Below are positions 20,576 to 29,995 of a stretch of DNA of 64,000 nt, piece after piece. Position 1 is the stretch's first letter; every line of letters starts with the position of its first letter. Made by a program: the position numbers and the translations under genes. Source of the stretch: an uncultured Bordetella sp. (GTDB lineage Bacteria; Pseudomonadota; Gammaproteobacteria; Burkholderiales; SG8-39). The stretch lies in NCBI GenBank assembly GCA_964564865.1, contig CAZMDA010000004.1:7895-71894 (forward strand). Reading direction: 5' to 3'. The notes under the pieces are model-generated. The model was not told the DNA's origin. It saw only the letters and a program-made list of their open reading frames with translations, and searched no databases.

Positions 20576-21973
20576 CTAGCGGGCCTCGAGCAGGCGCTTC
20601 AGCTCGAACTTCTGCACCTTGCCCATCGCGTTGCGCGGCAGGGCCTCGAGGAACACCACCCGTCGCGGGTGCTTGAACTTCGCCAGGCGGTCGCGGAACA
20701 GGGCGAGCACCGCCGCCTCGTCGAGTGCATCGCGGCGCACGATGCACGCGCAGGCCGCCTCGCCCCATCTCGGGTCCGCGACACCCACCACCGCCGCCTC
20801 GGCGATCGCCGGGCAATCGGCGAGCACGTTCTCCAGCTCGGCCGGGTAGACGTTCTCGCCGCCGGAGATGATCACGTCCTTGGAGCGGCCCATGATCCAC
20901 AGGAAACCGTCCTCGTCGAGGCGGCCGAGGTCGCCGGTACGGAACCAGCCGCCCGGGGCGAACGCGGCCTCGGTCGCCTTGGGGTCGTTCCAGTAGCCGC
21001 GCATCACGTTCGGCCCGCGCACCTGCACTTCGCCCTCCACCAGCCGCACTTCGCAGTGCGGCGCGGCCTTGCCGGCGCTGCCGAGCTTGCGCGCCGCATC
21101 TTCCTTGAGCAGCACCGTCGCGATGGGCGCGGTCTCGGTGCAGCCGTAGATCTGGCCTACCGGCACGCCGCGCGCGTGGAAGGCCCGGATCTGCGAATCC
21201 GGGACCACCATGGACCCGGCGTTCAGCATCTTCAGCGAGGAAAGGTCCGTCGCGGCCCAGGCCGCATGGTTGATCACCGCCTGGATCGCGGCCGGGACGA
21301 GCAGGGACAGCGACGGCCGACGCGCCGCGACGTCGGCCAGCCAGAGGCCCGGATCGAAGCGCCGGTGCAGCGTGACCGTGGCGCCCGCAAGGAGCGCCGG
21401 GAGCGTCTGGTTGTTCAGGCCGCCGACGTGGAACATCGGCAGAGCAGTGAGCACATGGTCCGCCTGCCCGAGGTCGTGGGCATGGATGCCGTTCAAGGCG
21501 TTCCACAGCAGCGCCGACTGGGTGAGCACCGCACCCTTCGGGCGGCCGGTGGTCCCGGAGGTGTAGACGATGAGGACGTCATCGGCATCGCCTCCGTCGA
21601 GGACGCCGGGCGCCGCGGCGGCAGGCGCCTGAAGCGGCAGGCCGAGCGTGGCCGCGTGGGCCGCGAACTCCTTCTCCGCGACCAGGTAGCGTGGCTTGCA
21701 GTCCTCGAGGATGACGCGGTGCTCGGCGGCCGTGAGGCGCCAGTTGAGCGGGACCAGGATCGCGCCGGCCCGGGCAAGGGCGAACAGCAGCACCAGCATG
21801 CGCGGCTCGTTGTAGCCGAGGTACGCCACGCGGTCGCCACGGGCCACGCCCAGCGTCGCCGAGGCCGCGTCGATCCGGCGCCAGAACTCGCGGTAGCTGA
21901 GGTCCTCGCCGTGGCAGTGCAGCGCGACCTTCTCCGGGAAATGGGCCGCCCAGCGCTCGACGATCCGCGACAG
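20576..21973 (-). CDS. AMP-dependent acyl-CoA synthetase/ligase
   Basis: YTSGTTGRPKGA AMP-binding motif, TGDLGRLDEDGF, ISGGENVYPAELE. The ORF track starts at GTG 21847. However, the frame upstream reads NLSRIVERWAAHFPEKVALHCHGEDLSYREFWRRIDAASATLG, a typical ligase N-terminus, so the 5' end is extended to CTG 21973. This start is non-canonical and uncertain. Confidence 0.8.
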   Translation of the reverse strand: MSRIVERWAAHFPEKVALHCHGEDLSYREFWRRIDAASATLGVARGDRVAYLGYNEPRMLVLLFALARAGAILVPLNWRLTAAEHRVILEDCKPRYLVAEKEFAAHAATLGLPLQAPAAAAPGVLDGGDADDVLIVYTSGTTGRPKGAVLTQSALLWNALNGIHAHDLGQADHVLTALPMFHVGGLNNQTLPALLAGATVTLHRRFDPGLWLADVAARRPSLSLLVPAAIQAVINHAAWAATDLSSLKMLNAGSMVVPDSQIRAFHARGVPVGQIYGCTETAPIATVLLKEDAARKLGSAGKAAPHCEVRLVEGEVQVRGPNVMRGYWNDPKATEAAFAPGGWFRTGDLGRLDEDGFLWIMGRSKDVIISGGENVYPAELENVLADCPAIAEAAVVGVADPRWGEAACACIVRRDALDEAAVLALFRDRLAKFKHPRRVVFLEALPRNAMGKVQKFELKRLLEAR

Positions 21974-21974
21974 G

Positions 21975-23213
21975 TTAATCGTCCGCCTCCCCGGCTTCGT
22001 ACAGCGCCTCGCGCCCGATGCGATCCAGGCACAGTTCCGCGGTCCAGGGCAGCATCAGCGCGCCGCAGCGCGAATCGCGGTACAGGCGCTCCAGCGGCAG
22101 GCTCTTCAGCATGGACTGGCCGCCGCAGGTGCGGATCGCGAGCGCGCACAGGGCGTTGGCGTTCTCCATGATGGTGAACTGGGCGGCGTAGGCGCGCAGG
22201 CGCGCGTCCTTGGGCGGGTCGATGCGCGCGTCCTCGAGCATGCGCAGGAACAGCGCCCGGGTCTGCTCCAGCTTGACCCACATCTCGGCCACCGCGATCT
22301 GCTTGGTCGGGTACATGCGCCGCTTCACCGGCGGCATGCCCTCGACCTCGCCGCGCAGGTACTTCACCGTGAACTCGACCGCCGCGATGGCGATGCCCAT
22401 GTAGGTGGGCGAGAGCGTGGTGAACATGTGCGGCCAGCGGCTCGCGGCCTGGAAGTACACCCCGCGCGGCATCATCTGCGCCTCGTCCGGCACGAACACG
22501 TCCTTGAACACCAGGTTGCGCGAGACGGTGCCGCGCATGCCCAGGGGGTCCCATTCTCCGGTCACCGCGAGCCCGGGCGAAGTCCCGGGCACTGCAATGT
22601 AGAGCGTGTCCCGCATCGAGCGCTCGGGCTTGTCCTCGGTGCAGAGCACGCCGTAGTAGTCGGCCGCGCCCGAGAGCGAGGCGAAAATCTTGCGCCCGTT
22701 CACCAGCCAGCCGCCGTCCACCTTGGCCGCGGTGGTGCCGAAGGGCGCCTTGCCGGCCGCGGCGGCGCTGCCTTCGGAGAATGGCTGCGCGTAGATCGCG
22801 CCGTCCTTCACGACGCGACCGAAGTGAATCGCGCGGTAGCGCTCGTGCTGTTCCCGCTCGGCCGCCGTCATGTCGAGGTCGTCCGCCAGCAGGCCCGGCC
22901 ACAGCGTGGAGCACATGTGCATGTTGAGCGTCAGCGCCGTGGCGCCGCAGTACTTGCCCAGCGTGGCCGAGACCAGGGCGTAGGTCCTGAAATCGGCGCC
23001 GTGGCCGCCGTAGGCCTCGGGCACGCACAGCCCCAGCAGGCCGGCGGACCTGAGCTCGGCGTAGTTCTCGAACGGGAAGCTGGCTTCGCTGTCGTAGCGG
23101 GCGGCGCGCGCGGCGAAGGCCGGGCCGAGCGACTCGGCCAGCGCGACCAGGTCGCGCTGCTTCGGCGTCAGAGACTGGCTGGACCCGGCGACGGCATAGC
23201 GGGGATCGGTCAT
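21975..23213 (-). CDS. acyl-CoA dehydrogenase-family flavoprotein
   Basis: 412 aa from ATG 23213 (ATGA overlap with the upstream stop). WDPLGMRGTVSRNLVFKDVFVP and the C-terminal helical domain are typical of the ACAD fold. The 728-aa ORF-track product is a read-through of the neighbouring gene in another frame. Confidence 0.85.
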   Translation of the reverse strand: MTDPRYAVAGSSQSLTPKQRDLVALAESLGPAFAARAARYDSEASFPFENYAELRSAGLLGLCVPEAYGGHGADFRTYALVSATLGKYCGATALTLNMHMCSTLWPGLLADDLDMTAAEREQHERYRAIHFGRVVKDGAIYAQPFSEGSAAAAGKAPFGTTAAKVDGGWLVNGRKIFASLSGAADYYGVLCTEDKPERSMRDTLYIAVPGTSPGLAVTGEWDPLGMRGTVSRNLVFKDVFVPDEAQMMPRGVYFQAASRWPHMFTTLSPTYMGIAIAAVEFTVKYLRGEVEGMPPVKRRMYPTKQIAVAEMWVKLEQTRALFLRMLEDARIDPPKDARLRAYAAQFTIMENANALCALAIRTCGGQSMLKSLPLERLYRDSRCGALMLPWTAELCLDRIGREALYEAGEADD

Positions 23214-23965
23214 AGGCGGTGGCGTTTCAGGAAGGCGAGCAGGGCGGCGTTGAACGCGTCGGGCTGGTCCATCGGGCCGAGGTGTCCGCAGCCCTCGAGC
23301 AGGACGTACTCGGCGCCGGGAATCCTCTGCGCCATCTTCTCCATGACCTTGGGCGGCGCGGTGCGGTCGTCGCTGCCGGCGATGAGCAGCGTCGGCACGC
23401 GGATGGCGGCCAGTTCCTTGCGGCGATCGAAGGTGGTGAGCAGCCTCACCGCCTTGCGGTACGTCCCGGGCGGCACGCCCGCCATGATCTTCTCGGCGAG
23501 CGCGAGGCCCTCCGGGTCGGAAACCGAGCCCTTCATGGTGGGCATCAGGCGGCGGGCGATGTCCGGCATGCCCTGGCCCTGGTCCAGCGGATCGATGCGG
23601 GCGGCGATGAACTGCCTCGTGAACTCGCTGTCGCCGCCGGCGAAGGCCGGACTGGTGAAGCTCAGCACCAGCGCCTTGACGATCTCGGGATGGCGGACGT
23701 AGGCCTCCTGCGCGACCAGCCCGCCCATGCTGTGCCCGACCAGCACCACCGGCTCGCCGCCGAGCGCCTCGACCAGGCGCCTGAGCGCGGCGCTCACCTG
23801 CTCGAGGTCGTAGGGTTCCACGAGCGGGCTCTCGCCGTATCCCGGCTGGTCCCAGGCGTGCGAGGGGTAGCCGAGCGCGGCGAAGTAGGGCAGTTGCCGC
23901 TCCCAGGCGTGGTGCCCGCCGCCGACGCCGTGCAGGAAGAGGAGGGGGCTGCGGGTCGCCGTCAT
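23210..23965 (-). CDS. alpha/beta-fold hydrolase
   Basis: 251 aa; LFLHGVGGG oxyanion region, GHSMGG nucleophile elbow, C-terminal GCGHLGPMDQP (His). ATGA overlaps at both ends. Confidence 0.85.
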   Translation of the reverse strand: MTATRSPLLFLHGVGGGHHAWERQLPYFAALGYPSHAWDQPGYGESPLVEPYDLEQVSAALRRLVEALGGEPVVLVGHSMGGLVAQEAYVRHPEIVKALVLSFTSPAFAGGDSEFTRQFIAARIDPLDQGQGMPDIARRLMPTMKGSVSDPEGLALAEKIMAGVPPGTYRKAVRLLTTFDRRKELAAIRVPTLLIAGSDDRTAPPKVMEKMAQRIPGAEYVLLEGCGHLGPMDQPDAFNAALLAFLKRHRL

Positions 23966-25008
23966 GCCAGGGCTCCGGCGAGCTTGCCGGCTTCCACGAC
24001 TGCCTTGCCATCCAACGCCACCGTGCAGTGGCGCAGGGGCAGGTCGAAATGGCCCAGGGTATGGCGGCCGGCGACCTCGTTGGCCCCGGTCGAATAGAGG
24101 AAATTGCCGGCGAAGGCGCGCTGCTCGGTGCCGTTGACGTCGCGCCTGTCGTACAAGGCAAGCGCGTCCCAGCGCGCGCGTGGATTCATGCCCCAGCCGA
24201 CGTGGGACACCGCGTAGGCCTCGCGATCGCCCCAAGCGGCGAAATAGTCGCGCATCAGCTCGGCATCCAGGGAGTTGCCCTCGACGCGGGTCACGTAGTC
24301 ATCCTCGATCGTCAGCCGCACCGCGGATTCCAGGTGGCGCTTGAAGGTGAGGTTCATGTCCCCGGGGGCGAGCACCAGGGTTCCCGCCACGCTGCCGGCT
24401 TTCGGGAAGCACAGGCACAGGCCGCCGGGCCAATGGGACAGGGTGCCTGGCTTCTCGGTGTAGCCCCAGACGCCGCCGACGCGCGCGCCTTCGACCCGGA
24501 CGCTCAGGTCGGTGCCGGCGGGGGAGGTCACGGTCATCGCGCGGGCCTCGCGCAGGAGCTTCATCCCGGCGCGCACCCGGCGCTCGTCGTCGGGGGAAGG
24601 AGCGAGGCGCTCGAGCGCCTCGGGATGCTCGTTGGAGACGTACAGCACGCGGGCCCCGCCCTGGAGGATCCGCGGCAGCTCGGCAGCGTGCATCAGGCCT
24701 TCCAGCGTGCAATCGGCGACGAAGCGGCAGGCAGCCAGCGCCGCCACCGCGGCGTCCATGTCCCTCAGGGCGACCGAGGCGCCGGTGGAGCGGATCGGCA
24801 CCGGCGCGGCCTGTCGCGGCGTGGGCACCACGACATGGAAGGCGCGGGCGCCGAGGCGCGCGAGCGCCAGTTCGGCCAGCTGCACGTTCAGGGCGCGGGA
24901 TTGCGTCTCGGAGAGGATGGCGCAGGCATCGCCGGGAGCGACCTTGCAGCGCGCGAAGACCTCCGCGAACAGGTCGATCCACTTGGCTTCGATGCGGTCG
25001 GCGAACAT
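23962..25008 (-). CDS. NicX-like 2,5-dihydroxypyridine dioxygenase / aminopeptidase-T-fold protein
   Basis: 348 aa. HWPGGLCLCFP...GTLVLAPGDMNL...SHVGWGMNPRARW...FAGNFLYSTGAN...HFDLPLRHCTVALDGKAVV closely parallels the P. putida NicX sequence as I remember it. Confidence 0.65.
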   Translation of the reverse strand: MFADRIEAKWIDLFAEVFARCKVAPGDACAILSETQSRALNVQLAELALARLGARAFHVVVPTPRQAAPVPIRSTGASVALRDMDAAVAALAACRFVADCTLEGLMHAAELPRILQGGARVLYVSNEHPEALERLAPSPDDERRVRAGMKLLREARAMTVTSPAGTDLSVRVEGARVGGVWGYTEKPGTLSHWPGGLCLCFPKAGSVAGTLVLAPGDMNLTFKRHLESAVRLTIEDDYVTRVEGNSLDAELMRDYFAAWGDREAYAVSHVGWGMNPRARWDALALYDRRDVNGTEQRAFAGNFLYSTGANEVAGRHTLGHFDLPLRHCTVALDGKAVVEAGKLAGALA

Positions 25009-25124
25009 GGCGCTTGCTCCTGGCCGCCGGGTCGGTCCCTGGACGGCGAAAAAGCCAATGAAAGCACAAACGCGGGCCTCCGACGGCGGGACTCTGGCTC
25101 GCGCTGCGCTACACTTCCCGGCCC

Positions 25125-25568
25125 ATGATCGTCTTCGACCTGCAATGCGCGGAGGGCCACCGGTTCGAGGGCTGGTTCGGATCGGCCAGGGATTTCGCGT
25201 CGCAGCGGAAGCGGGGCATGCTCGGTTGCCCGGTTTGTGGCAACGGCAGCATAGACCGGGGGCTGTCGGCCCCCCGGATCAACGTCGGTGCGCCGGCGCC
25301 CGCCCCGGCGGCGAAGACGCCGGAGATGGAGGGCAAGGACCCCTTTGCCATCGCCCAGATGCTGTACTCGCGGATGCTGGACGAGGTGTTCACCAAGTCC
25401 GAGGATGTCGGCAAGGCCTTCCCGGAGGAAGCACGCAGGATCTTCTACAACCAGGCGCCGGCGCGCGCGATTCGTGGCCAAGCCACGGAGGCGGAGCACG
25501 AGGCCCTGGTGGACGAAGGCATTCCGGTGGCGAGGATCCCGATCCCGCCGCCTGATCGGGTGAACTGA
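25125..25568 (+). CDS. DUF1178-family zinc-ribbon protein
   Basis: MIVFDLQCAEGHRFEGWF...GCPVCG is the N-terminal pattern characteristic of DUF1178. Confidence 0.7.
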   Translation: MIVFDLQCAEGHRFEGWFGSARDFASQRKRGMLGCPVCGNGSIDRGLSAPRINVGAPAPAPAAKTPEMEGKDPFAIAQMLYSRMLDEVFTKSEDVGKAFPEEARRIFYNQAPARAIRGQATEAEHEALVDEGIPVARIPIPPPDRVN

Positions 25569-25603
25569 TGGCTCTGGAATGCGGCCAATCAGTATTATGT
25601 CAA

Positions 25604-26242
25604 TTACTGTACGGCCCCAGCTCGCTTCAATAGCTCCACCAAGGTTTTGTCGTTCCGTGCCTGCGCAAGCCGGAGCGCCGTGGCACCGTCTGGCGACTGG
25701 ATCCTGAAGTCCGCATCGTCCTGGAGCAAGACCCGCGCGGCATCGGTGTGACCATTGCGCGCCGCGAGCATCAGGGCGGTGTAGCCGTTGGGCGCCAGGG
25801 CGTCCTTGTCGGCCCCCTTGTCCAGGAGGAAGCGGACCAGCTGGTCGCGGCCCTCGAAGGCGGCGTAGTGGACCGGCGCCCAGCCGTCCTGCTTCACGGG
25901 GGCACCCCGTTCCACCAGGATCCTCGCGACGCCGAGATGCCCCTTGAGGCTGGCCATCATGAGGGCCGAATCCCCCTGCGGGCTGCGCCGGCCTATGTCA
26001 GCCCTGCGCTCGACCAGCAACGCGACCAGGCTCTCGTGGCCCAGCCGGGACGCGATCATGAGCGCCGTATGGCCGCCCTGGTCGGACGTGTTGGGGTCCA
26101 TTCCCTTGGCGAGGAGCTCGGAGACTTGCCGGGCATCGCCAGCCTCCACGGCCCGGAGGAAAGCCTCGTAGGACTGCCCAATGGCAGCCCGTGATAACAG
26201 ACTAAATGTCAATATAACAATAAGTTGGAAAGCCAATTTCAT
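25604..26242 (-). CDS. secreted ankyrin-repeat protein
   Basis: 212 aa from ATG 26242; signal peptide; repeated GHTALMIASRLGH / GDSALMMASLKGH / GYTALMLAARNGH ankyrin consensus. The ORF-track N-terminus (to 26794) overlaps holB. Confidence 0.85.
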   Translation of the reverse strand: MKLAFQLIVILTFSLLSRAAIGQSYEAFLRAVEAGDARQVSELLAKGMDPNTSDQGGHTALMIASRLGHESLVALLVERRADIGRRSPQGDSALMMASLKGHLGVARILVERGAPVKQDGWAPVHYAAFEGRDQLVRFLLDKGADKDALAPNGYTALMLAARNGHTDAARVLLQDDADFRIQSPDGATALRLAQARNDKTLVELLKRAGAVQ

Positions 26243-26249
26243 GTCAACT

Positions 26250-27242
26250 CTACGTTCTTGATGGCTTCCCAGGTAACGCCGCCAGCATCTCCGCGGCGAA
26301 CAGCCTGGGGTTGAGCGGATGGCTGGCAAGCAGCCGATTCCGCCCCATCGCCCGCGCGAATGCGAGCCACTGGTACGGCTGGACGTCGCCGGAGGACTTG
26401 AGGCCGGGTAGAAACCTGGGGCGCCCCGCGAGGCCTTCAAAGGCACGGTCCAGGGCCATCTTCTGGAGCAGTTCGGCCAGGAGTTCCAGGGTTTCCCGGT
26501 CCGGCACCAACGATGCCGTATCGAGGTCGCCCGCTTCCAGGGCGCGCAGCAGGCCCGAAACGGCCGCCGCCTGGTCGCCGCTGGCGATACCCAGGGCGCG
26601 GCGCGGCGCGCCGCCGGCAAACGCAAGCCAGCGTCGAGGCTCCTTGACGCCCTGTGCCGCCAGCCAGGCCTCCGCGGCGCCGGGGTCCGGGGGCGGGACC
26701 GGGACCGCAACGCAGCGGCTCCGGATGGTCGGCAGGAGCCGGGCGGGCCGATGTGACACCAGCAGGAAGATGGCGCCGGCCGGCGGTTCCTCAAGGCTTT
26801 TCAGCAACGCGTTCGCGGCGGACGCGTTCATGTCCTCGGCCGGATGCACGATCGCGACGCGTCGCCCGCCGCGGTGCGAACCCACGTTCACGAAATCGGC
26901 CAGCGCGCGCACCTGCTCGACCTTGATCTCGGTGCTGGGCTTGGCGGTCTTCGCGGGCGGGGCCTCGTCCTTGTCGACCTGCGCCGCATACCGCCCGAAT
27001 GCCTCCGGTTCGACATAGCGCACGTCGGGGTGGTTGGTGCCGCCGAACCAGCGGCAGGCCGGGCAGGTGCCGCAGGGCTCGGTGCCCTGCCCCGCGACTT
27101 CGCACAGCAGCAGCTGCGCGAAGCGCTCGGCGAGCGCCAGCTTGCCCACGCCATGCGCGCCATGGATCAGCAGCGCGTGCGGCAGGCGGGCACGCAGCGC
27201 GGCGAGCTGGCGCCAGACGCCGGGCTGGAGCTCGACGGTCAT
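26250..27242 (-). CDS. holB: DNA polymerase III delta' subunit
   Basis: LIHGAHGVGK P-loop-like motif, CGTCPACRWF zinc module; conserved tmk-holB order. Confidence 0.88.
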   Translation of the reverse strand: MTVELQPGVWRQLAALRARLPHALLIHGAHGVGKLALAERFAQLLLCEVAGQGTEPCGTCPACRWFGGTNHPDVRYVEPEAFGRYAAQVDKDEAPPAKTAKPSTEIKVEQVRALADFVNVGSHRGGRRVAIVHPAEDMNASAANALLKSLEEPPAGAIFLLVSHRPARLLPTIRSRCVAVPVPPPDPGAAEAWLAAQGVKEPRRWLAFAGGAPRRALGIASGDQAAAVSGLLRALEAGDLDTASLVPDRETLELLAELLQKMALDRAFEGLAGRPRFLPGLKSSGDVQPYQWLAFARAMGRNRLLASHPLNPRLFAAEMLAALPGKPSRT

Positions 27243-27246
27243 CGGC

Positions 27247-27870
27247 TCACAGCCCGGCCAGCGCCGCCTCGACCTGCGGCGCCACCTTGTCGGGCGGCAG
27301 CGCGCCGTCGATCAGGCGGATCCTGCCCGGTTCCGCCGCCGCCAGCGCCCGGTAGGCGGCGCGCACGCGATCGAAGAACGCGCGCGATTCGTTCTCGAAC
27401 CGGTCCGGGGCGCGGCCGGCGTCCTTCAGGCGCGAGCGGCTGACCTCGTAGCTGCAGTCGAACAGCAGCGTCCGGTCGGGCGCCAGCCCTGCATGCGCCT
27501 GCGCCGCCAGCGCGTGGATCAGGCTCGCGGCCACGCCCTTGCCGCCGCCCTGGTAGGCCAGCGTCGAGTCGGTGAAGCGGTCGCAGACCACCCAGGCGCC
27601 GCGCGCGAGCGCGGGACGGATCATTCGCGCGACGTGGTCCGCGCGCGCCGCGAACATCAGCAGGGTCTCGCTCACCGCGTCCATCGGCTCGGCCAGCACC
27701 AGCTCGCGCAGCTTTTCCGCGAGCGGCGTGCCGCCGGGCTCGCGCGTCAGCAGCACTTCATGGCCGCGCGCGCGCAGCGCCGACGCGATCGCGCCAAGGT
27801 GCGTGGACTTGCCCGCGCCGTCCATGCCCTCGAGGGTGATGAACCTGCCTGTCGCGCTAGCGTCCGCCAT
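27247..27870 (-). CDS. tmk: thymidylate kinase
   Basis: FITLEGMDGAGKST P-loop and DRF motif; 207 aa. Confidence 0.93.
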   Translation of the reverse strand: MADASATGRFITLEGMDGAGKSTHLGAIASALRARGHEVLLTREPGGTPLAEKLRELVLAEPMDAVSETLLMFAARADHVARMIRPALARGAWVVCDRFTDSTLAYQGGGKGVAASLIHALAAQAHAGLAPDRTLLFDCSYEVSRSRLKDAGRAPDRFENESRAFFDRVRAAYRALAAAEPGRIRLIDGALPPDKVAPQVEAALAGL

Positions 27871-28849
27871 TCAACTGGTATTTTCTCACGGCGCGATTGT
27901 GCTCCTCGAGGGTGCGGGAGAACTGGCTCGTGCCGTCGCCGCGCGCGACGTAGTACAGGGCGTCTGTTTTGGCCGGGCGCAGCGCGGCGCGCAGGGCACC
28001 CAGCCCCGCCGCCGCGATCGGCGTCGGCGGCAGCCCGGGCCGCATGTAGCTGTTGTATGGACCGTCGGTCTGCAGGTGGATCTTCCGCAGGTTGCCGTCG
28101 AAGGCTTCGCCCAGCCCATAGATCACCGTCGGGTCCACCTGCAGCAGCATCCCGATGCGCAGGCGGTTGACCAACGCGCCGGCGATGCGGTCGCGTTCCT
28201 CCGCGCGCCCGGTCTCCTTCTCGACGATGGAAGCCATGATGAGCGCCTCGTATGGCGACTTGTAGGGCACGCGCGGGTCCCGTGCTTCCCATTCGCGCGC
28301 GAGGTGGCGCTGCATGGCGTCGTAGGCGCGCCGCAGGATGCGCAGGTCGCTGCTGCCCTTGGCGAACAGGTAGGTATCCGGGAAGAACAGGCCCTCCGGG
28401 TGCGGTTCCGGCACCTGCAGGCGCGCGAGCACCTGTGCGTCGGGCAGGCCCTGGCTGTCGTGCCGGATGCTCGCGTGCGCGTCCAGTGCCGCGCGCAGCT
28501 GGCGGAAGGTCCAGCCCTCGATGAACTTCACCTCCGCCTGCGTGACGTCGCCCCGGGTCAGCTTGTCGAGCAGCTCCATGGGCGTCGGTGCGGACGCCAG
28601 CTCGTAGCTCCCGGCCTTGATGTCCGGGTCGCGGCCCAGCGCGCGCGCGAGCAGTTCGAACTGGATCCGCCCTGCCCCGATCCCGGCGTCCTCGATGCGC
28701 TGGGCGGCGGCGCGAAACCCCGCGCCCGGCGGGATGTCGAAGCTTGCCGGCAGGCTGGCGACCGGAACCGGCGTCGCCAGGTACCAATAGCCGTATCCCG
28801 CCGCGGCAAGCAGCGCGAGCAGGCATGCGAAGAGAAGGGTTTTGAGCAA
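27857..28849 (-). CDS. mltG: endolytic murein transglycosylase (YceG family)
   Basis: N-terminal TM and YceG-like body (ASIVEKETG..., NSYMRPGLPPTPI); conserved mltG-tmk-holB order. Confidence 0.9.
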   Translation of the reverse strand: MLKTLLFACLLALLAAAGYGYWYLATPVPVASLPASFDIPPGAGFRAAAQRIEDAGIGAGRIQFELLARALGRDPDIKAGSYELASAPTPMELLDKLTRGDVTQAEVKFIEGWTFRQLRAALDAHASIRHDSQGLPDAQVLARLQVPEPHPEGLFFPDTYLFAKGSSDLRILRRAYDAMQRHLAREWEARDPRVPYKSPYEALIMASIVEKETGRAEERDRIAGALVNRLRIGMLLQVDPTVIYGLGEAFDGNLRKIHLQTDGPYNSYMRPGLPPTPIAAAGLGALRAALRPAKTDALYYVARGDGTSQFSRTLEEHNRAVRKYQLNGGR

Positions 28850-28877
28850 CGGAACCTACTAAAATCGGCATTCTACG

Positions 28878-29741
28878 ATGCACACCACGGCACTCGGCGG
28901 TTTCGGACTCCTGCGGGTGGAGGGCGCGGACGCGCGCGCCTTCCTGCACGGGCAGCTCACGGTGGACGTGGAGCAGCTCGCGGCCGACCGTGCGCGCCGC
29001 GCCGGCTGGTGTTCCGCCAAGGGTCGCCTGCTGGCGACGTTCCTGGTGGTGCCGGCCGACGGCGGGTTCCTGCTGCAGCTGTCCCGCGACCTGGCGGCGC
29101 CGGTGGCCAAGCGCCTCGCCATGTTCGTCCTGCGCGCGAAGGTCAAGGTGTCGGATGTCACGGAAACGTGGCCGCAGCACGGCCTCTGGGGCGACGGCGC
29201 GGCGGCCGCGCTCGAAGCGCTCGGCTTGCGGGCGCCGCAGGACGATCTCGGATTGGCTCAGGGCAACGGCCGGATCGCGGTGCGCCTCGGCGCCGAACGC
29301 TTTCTCGTGCTGGGCGGCGGCGAACTGGCCGCGGATGCCGCGGAGCAGGACTGGATGCTGGCGGAAATCCGCGCCGGCCTGCCGACGGTGACGCTGGCGA
29401 CGCAGGACCAGCTGGTGCCGCAGATGGCGAACTTCGAGCTGATCGGGGGCGTGGACTTCCGCAAGGGCTGCTATCCGGGACAGGAGATCGTGGCGCGCGC
29501 GCAGTATCGCGGCGCGGTCAAGCGCCGCCTGTACCGGCTGCGCTCGGCCGCGCCGCTCGCGCCGGGCCAGGACCTGTTCGCGGATGACCAGCCTGGACAG
29601 GCCTCCGGCACCGTCGTCAACGCCGCCGCGGGCGAAGCCCTGGCGGTGCTGGCGATTGCCTCGGTCGAGGCGAAGGCGCCGATCCGGGCCGCGGCAGGCG
29701 GCGAAGCGCTCGAGATCCTGCCCCTGCCCTACACCCGGTGA
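28878..29741 (+). CDS. ygfZ: folate-binding Fe-S cluster repair protein YgfZ family
   Basis: FRKGCYPGQEIVAR matches the conserved KGC(Y/F)xGQE YgfZ motif; GcvT-like N-terminal region. Confidence 0.8.
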   Translation: MHTTALGGFGLLRVEGADARAFLHGQLTVDVEQLAADRARRAGWCSAKGRLLATFLVVPADGGFLLQLSRDLAAPVAKRLAMFVLRAKVKVSDVTETWPQHGLWGDGAAAALEALGLRAPQDDLGLAQGNGRIAVRLGAERFLVLGGGELAADAAEQDWMLAEIRAGLPTVTLATQDQLVPQMANFELIGGVDFRKGCYPGQEIVARAQYRGAVKRRLYRLRSAAPLAPGQDLFADDQPGQASGTVVNAAAGEALAVLAIASVEAKAPIRAAAGGEALEILPLPYTR

Positions 29742-29995
29742 CCAGCTACTACGTGTACTACCGCGTCGATCCGGCGCGCGTGGAGGCGGTCCGGCACGCC
29801 GTCCGGGCGCTGTTCGACGCCATCGAGCGCGCGACCGGCGTGCGCGGCACCTGGATGCGCCGCCGCGACGAGGCGACCACGTTCATGGAAGTCTACGAAG
29901 GCGTCGCGGACGAGCGCGCCTTCGAGGCCGCGCTGGAGCGGGAATCCGCTGCGCTCGGCCTCGAGCGCAAGACCGAGCGATTCATATGTGCCTGA
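29738..29995 (+). CDS. small DUF4936-like protein
   Basis: 85 aa. The N-terminus SYYVYYRVDPARVEAV recalls DUF4936. Overlaps both neighbours by a few nt. Confidence 0.5.
   Translation: MTSYYVYYRVDPARVEAVRHAVRALFDAIERATGVRGTWMRRRDEATTFMEVYEGVADERAFEAALERESAALGLERKTERFICA

Noticed and set aside
21975-24161. 728-aa ORF-track product suggesting one large protein.
   Set aside because: Only the C-terminal 412 aa (from ATG 23213) look like an ACAD-fold protein. The N-terminal part is an Arg/Pro-rich alternative frame over the alpha/beta hydrolase gene. The same over-extension was trimmed for 25604..26794, 36814..37710, 61636..62622, 43002..44756 and 37783..40965.
19430-25008. tRNA-associated genomic islet downstream of tRNA-Leu.
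   Set aside because: There is no integrase, I could find no direct repeat of a tRNA 3' end, and the composition appears the same as the surrounding core. It is treated as a chromosomal catabolic cluster.
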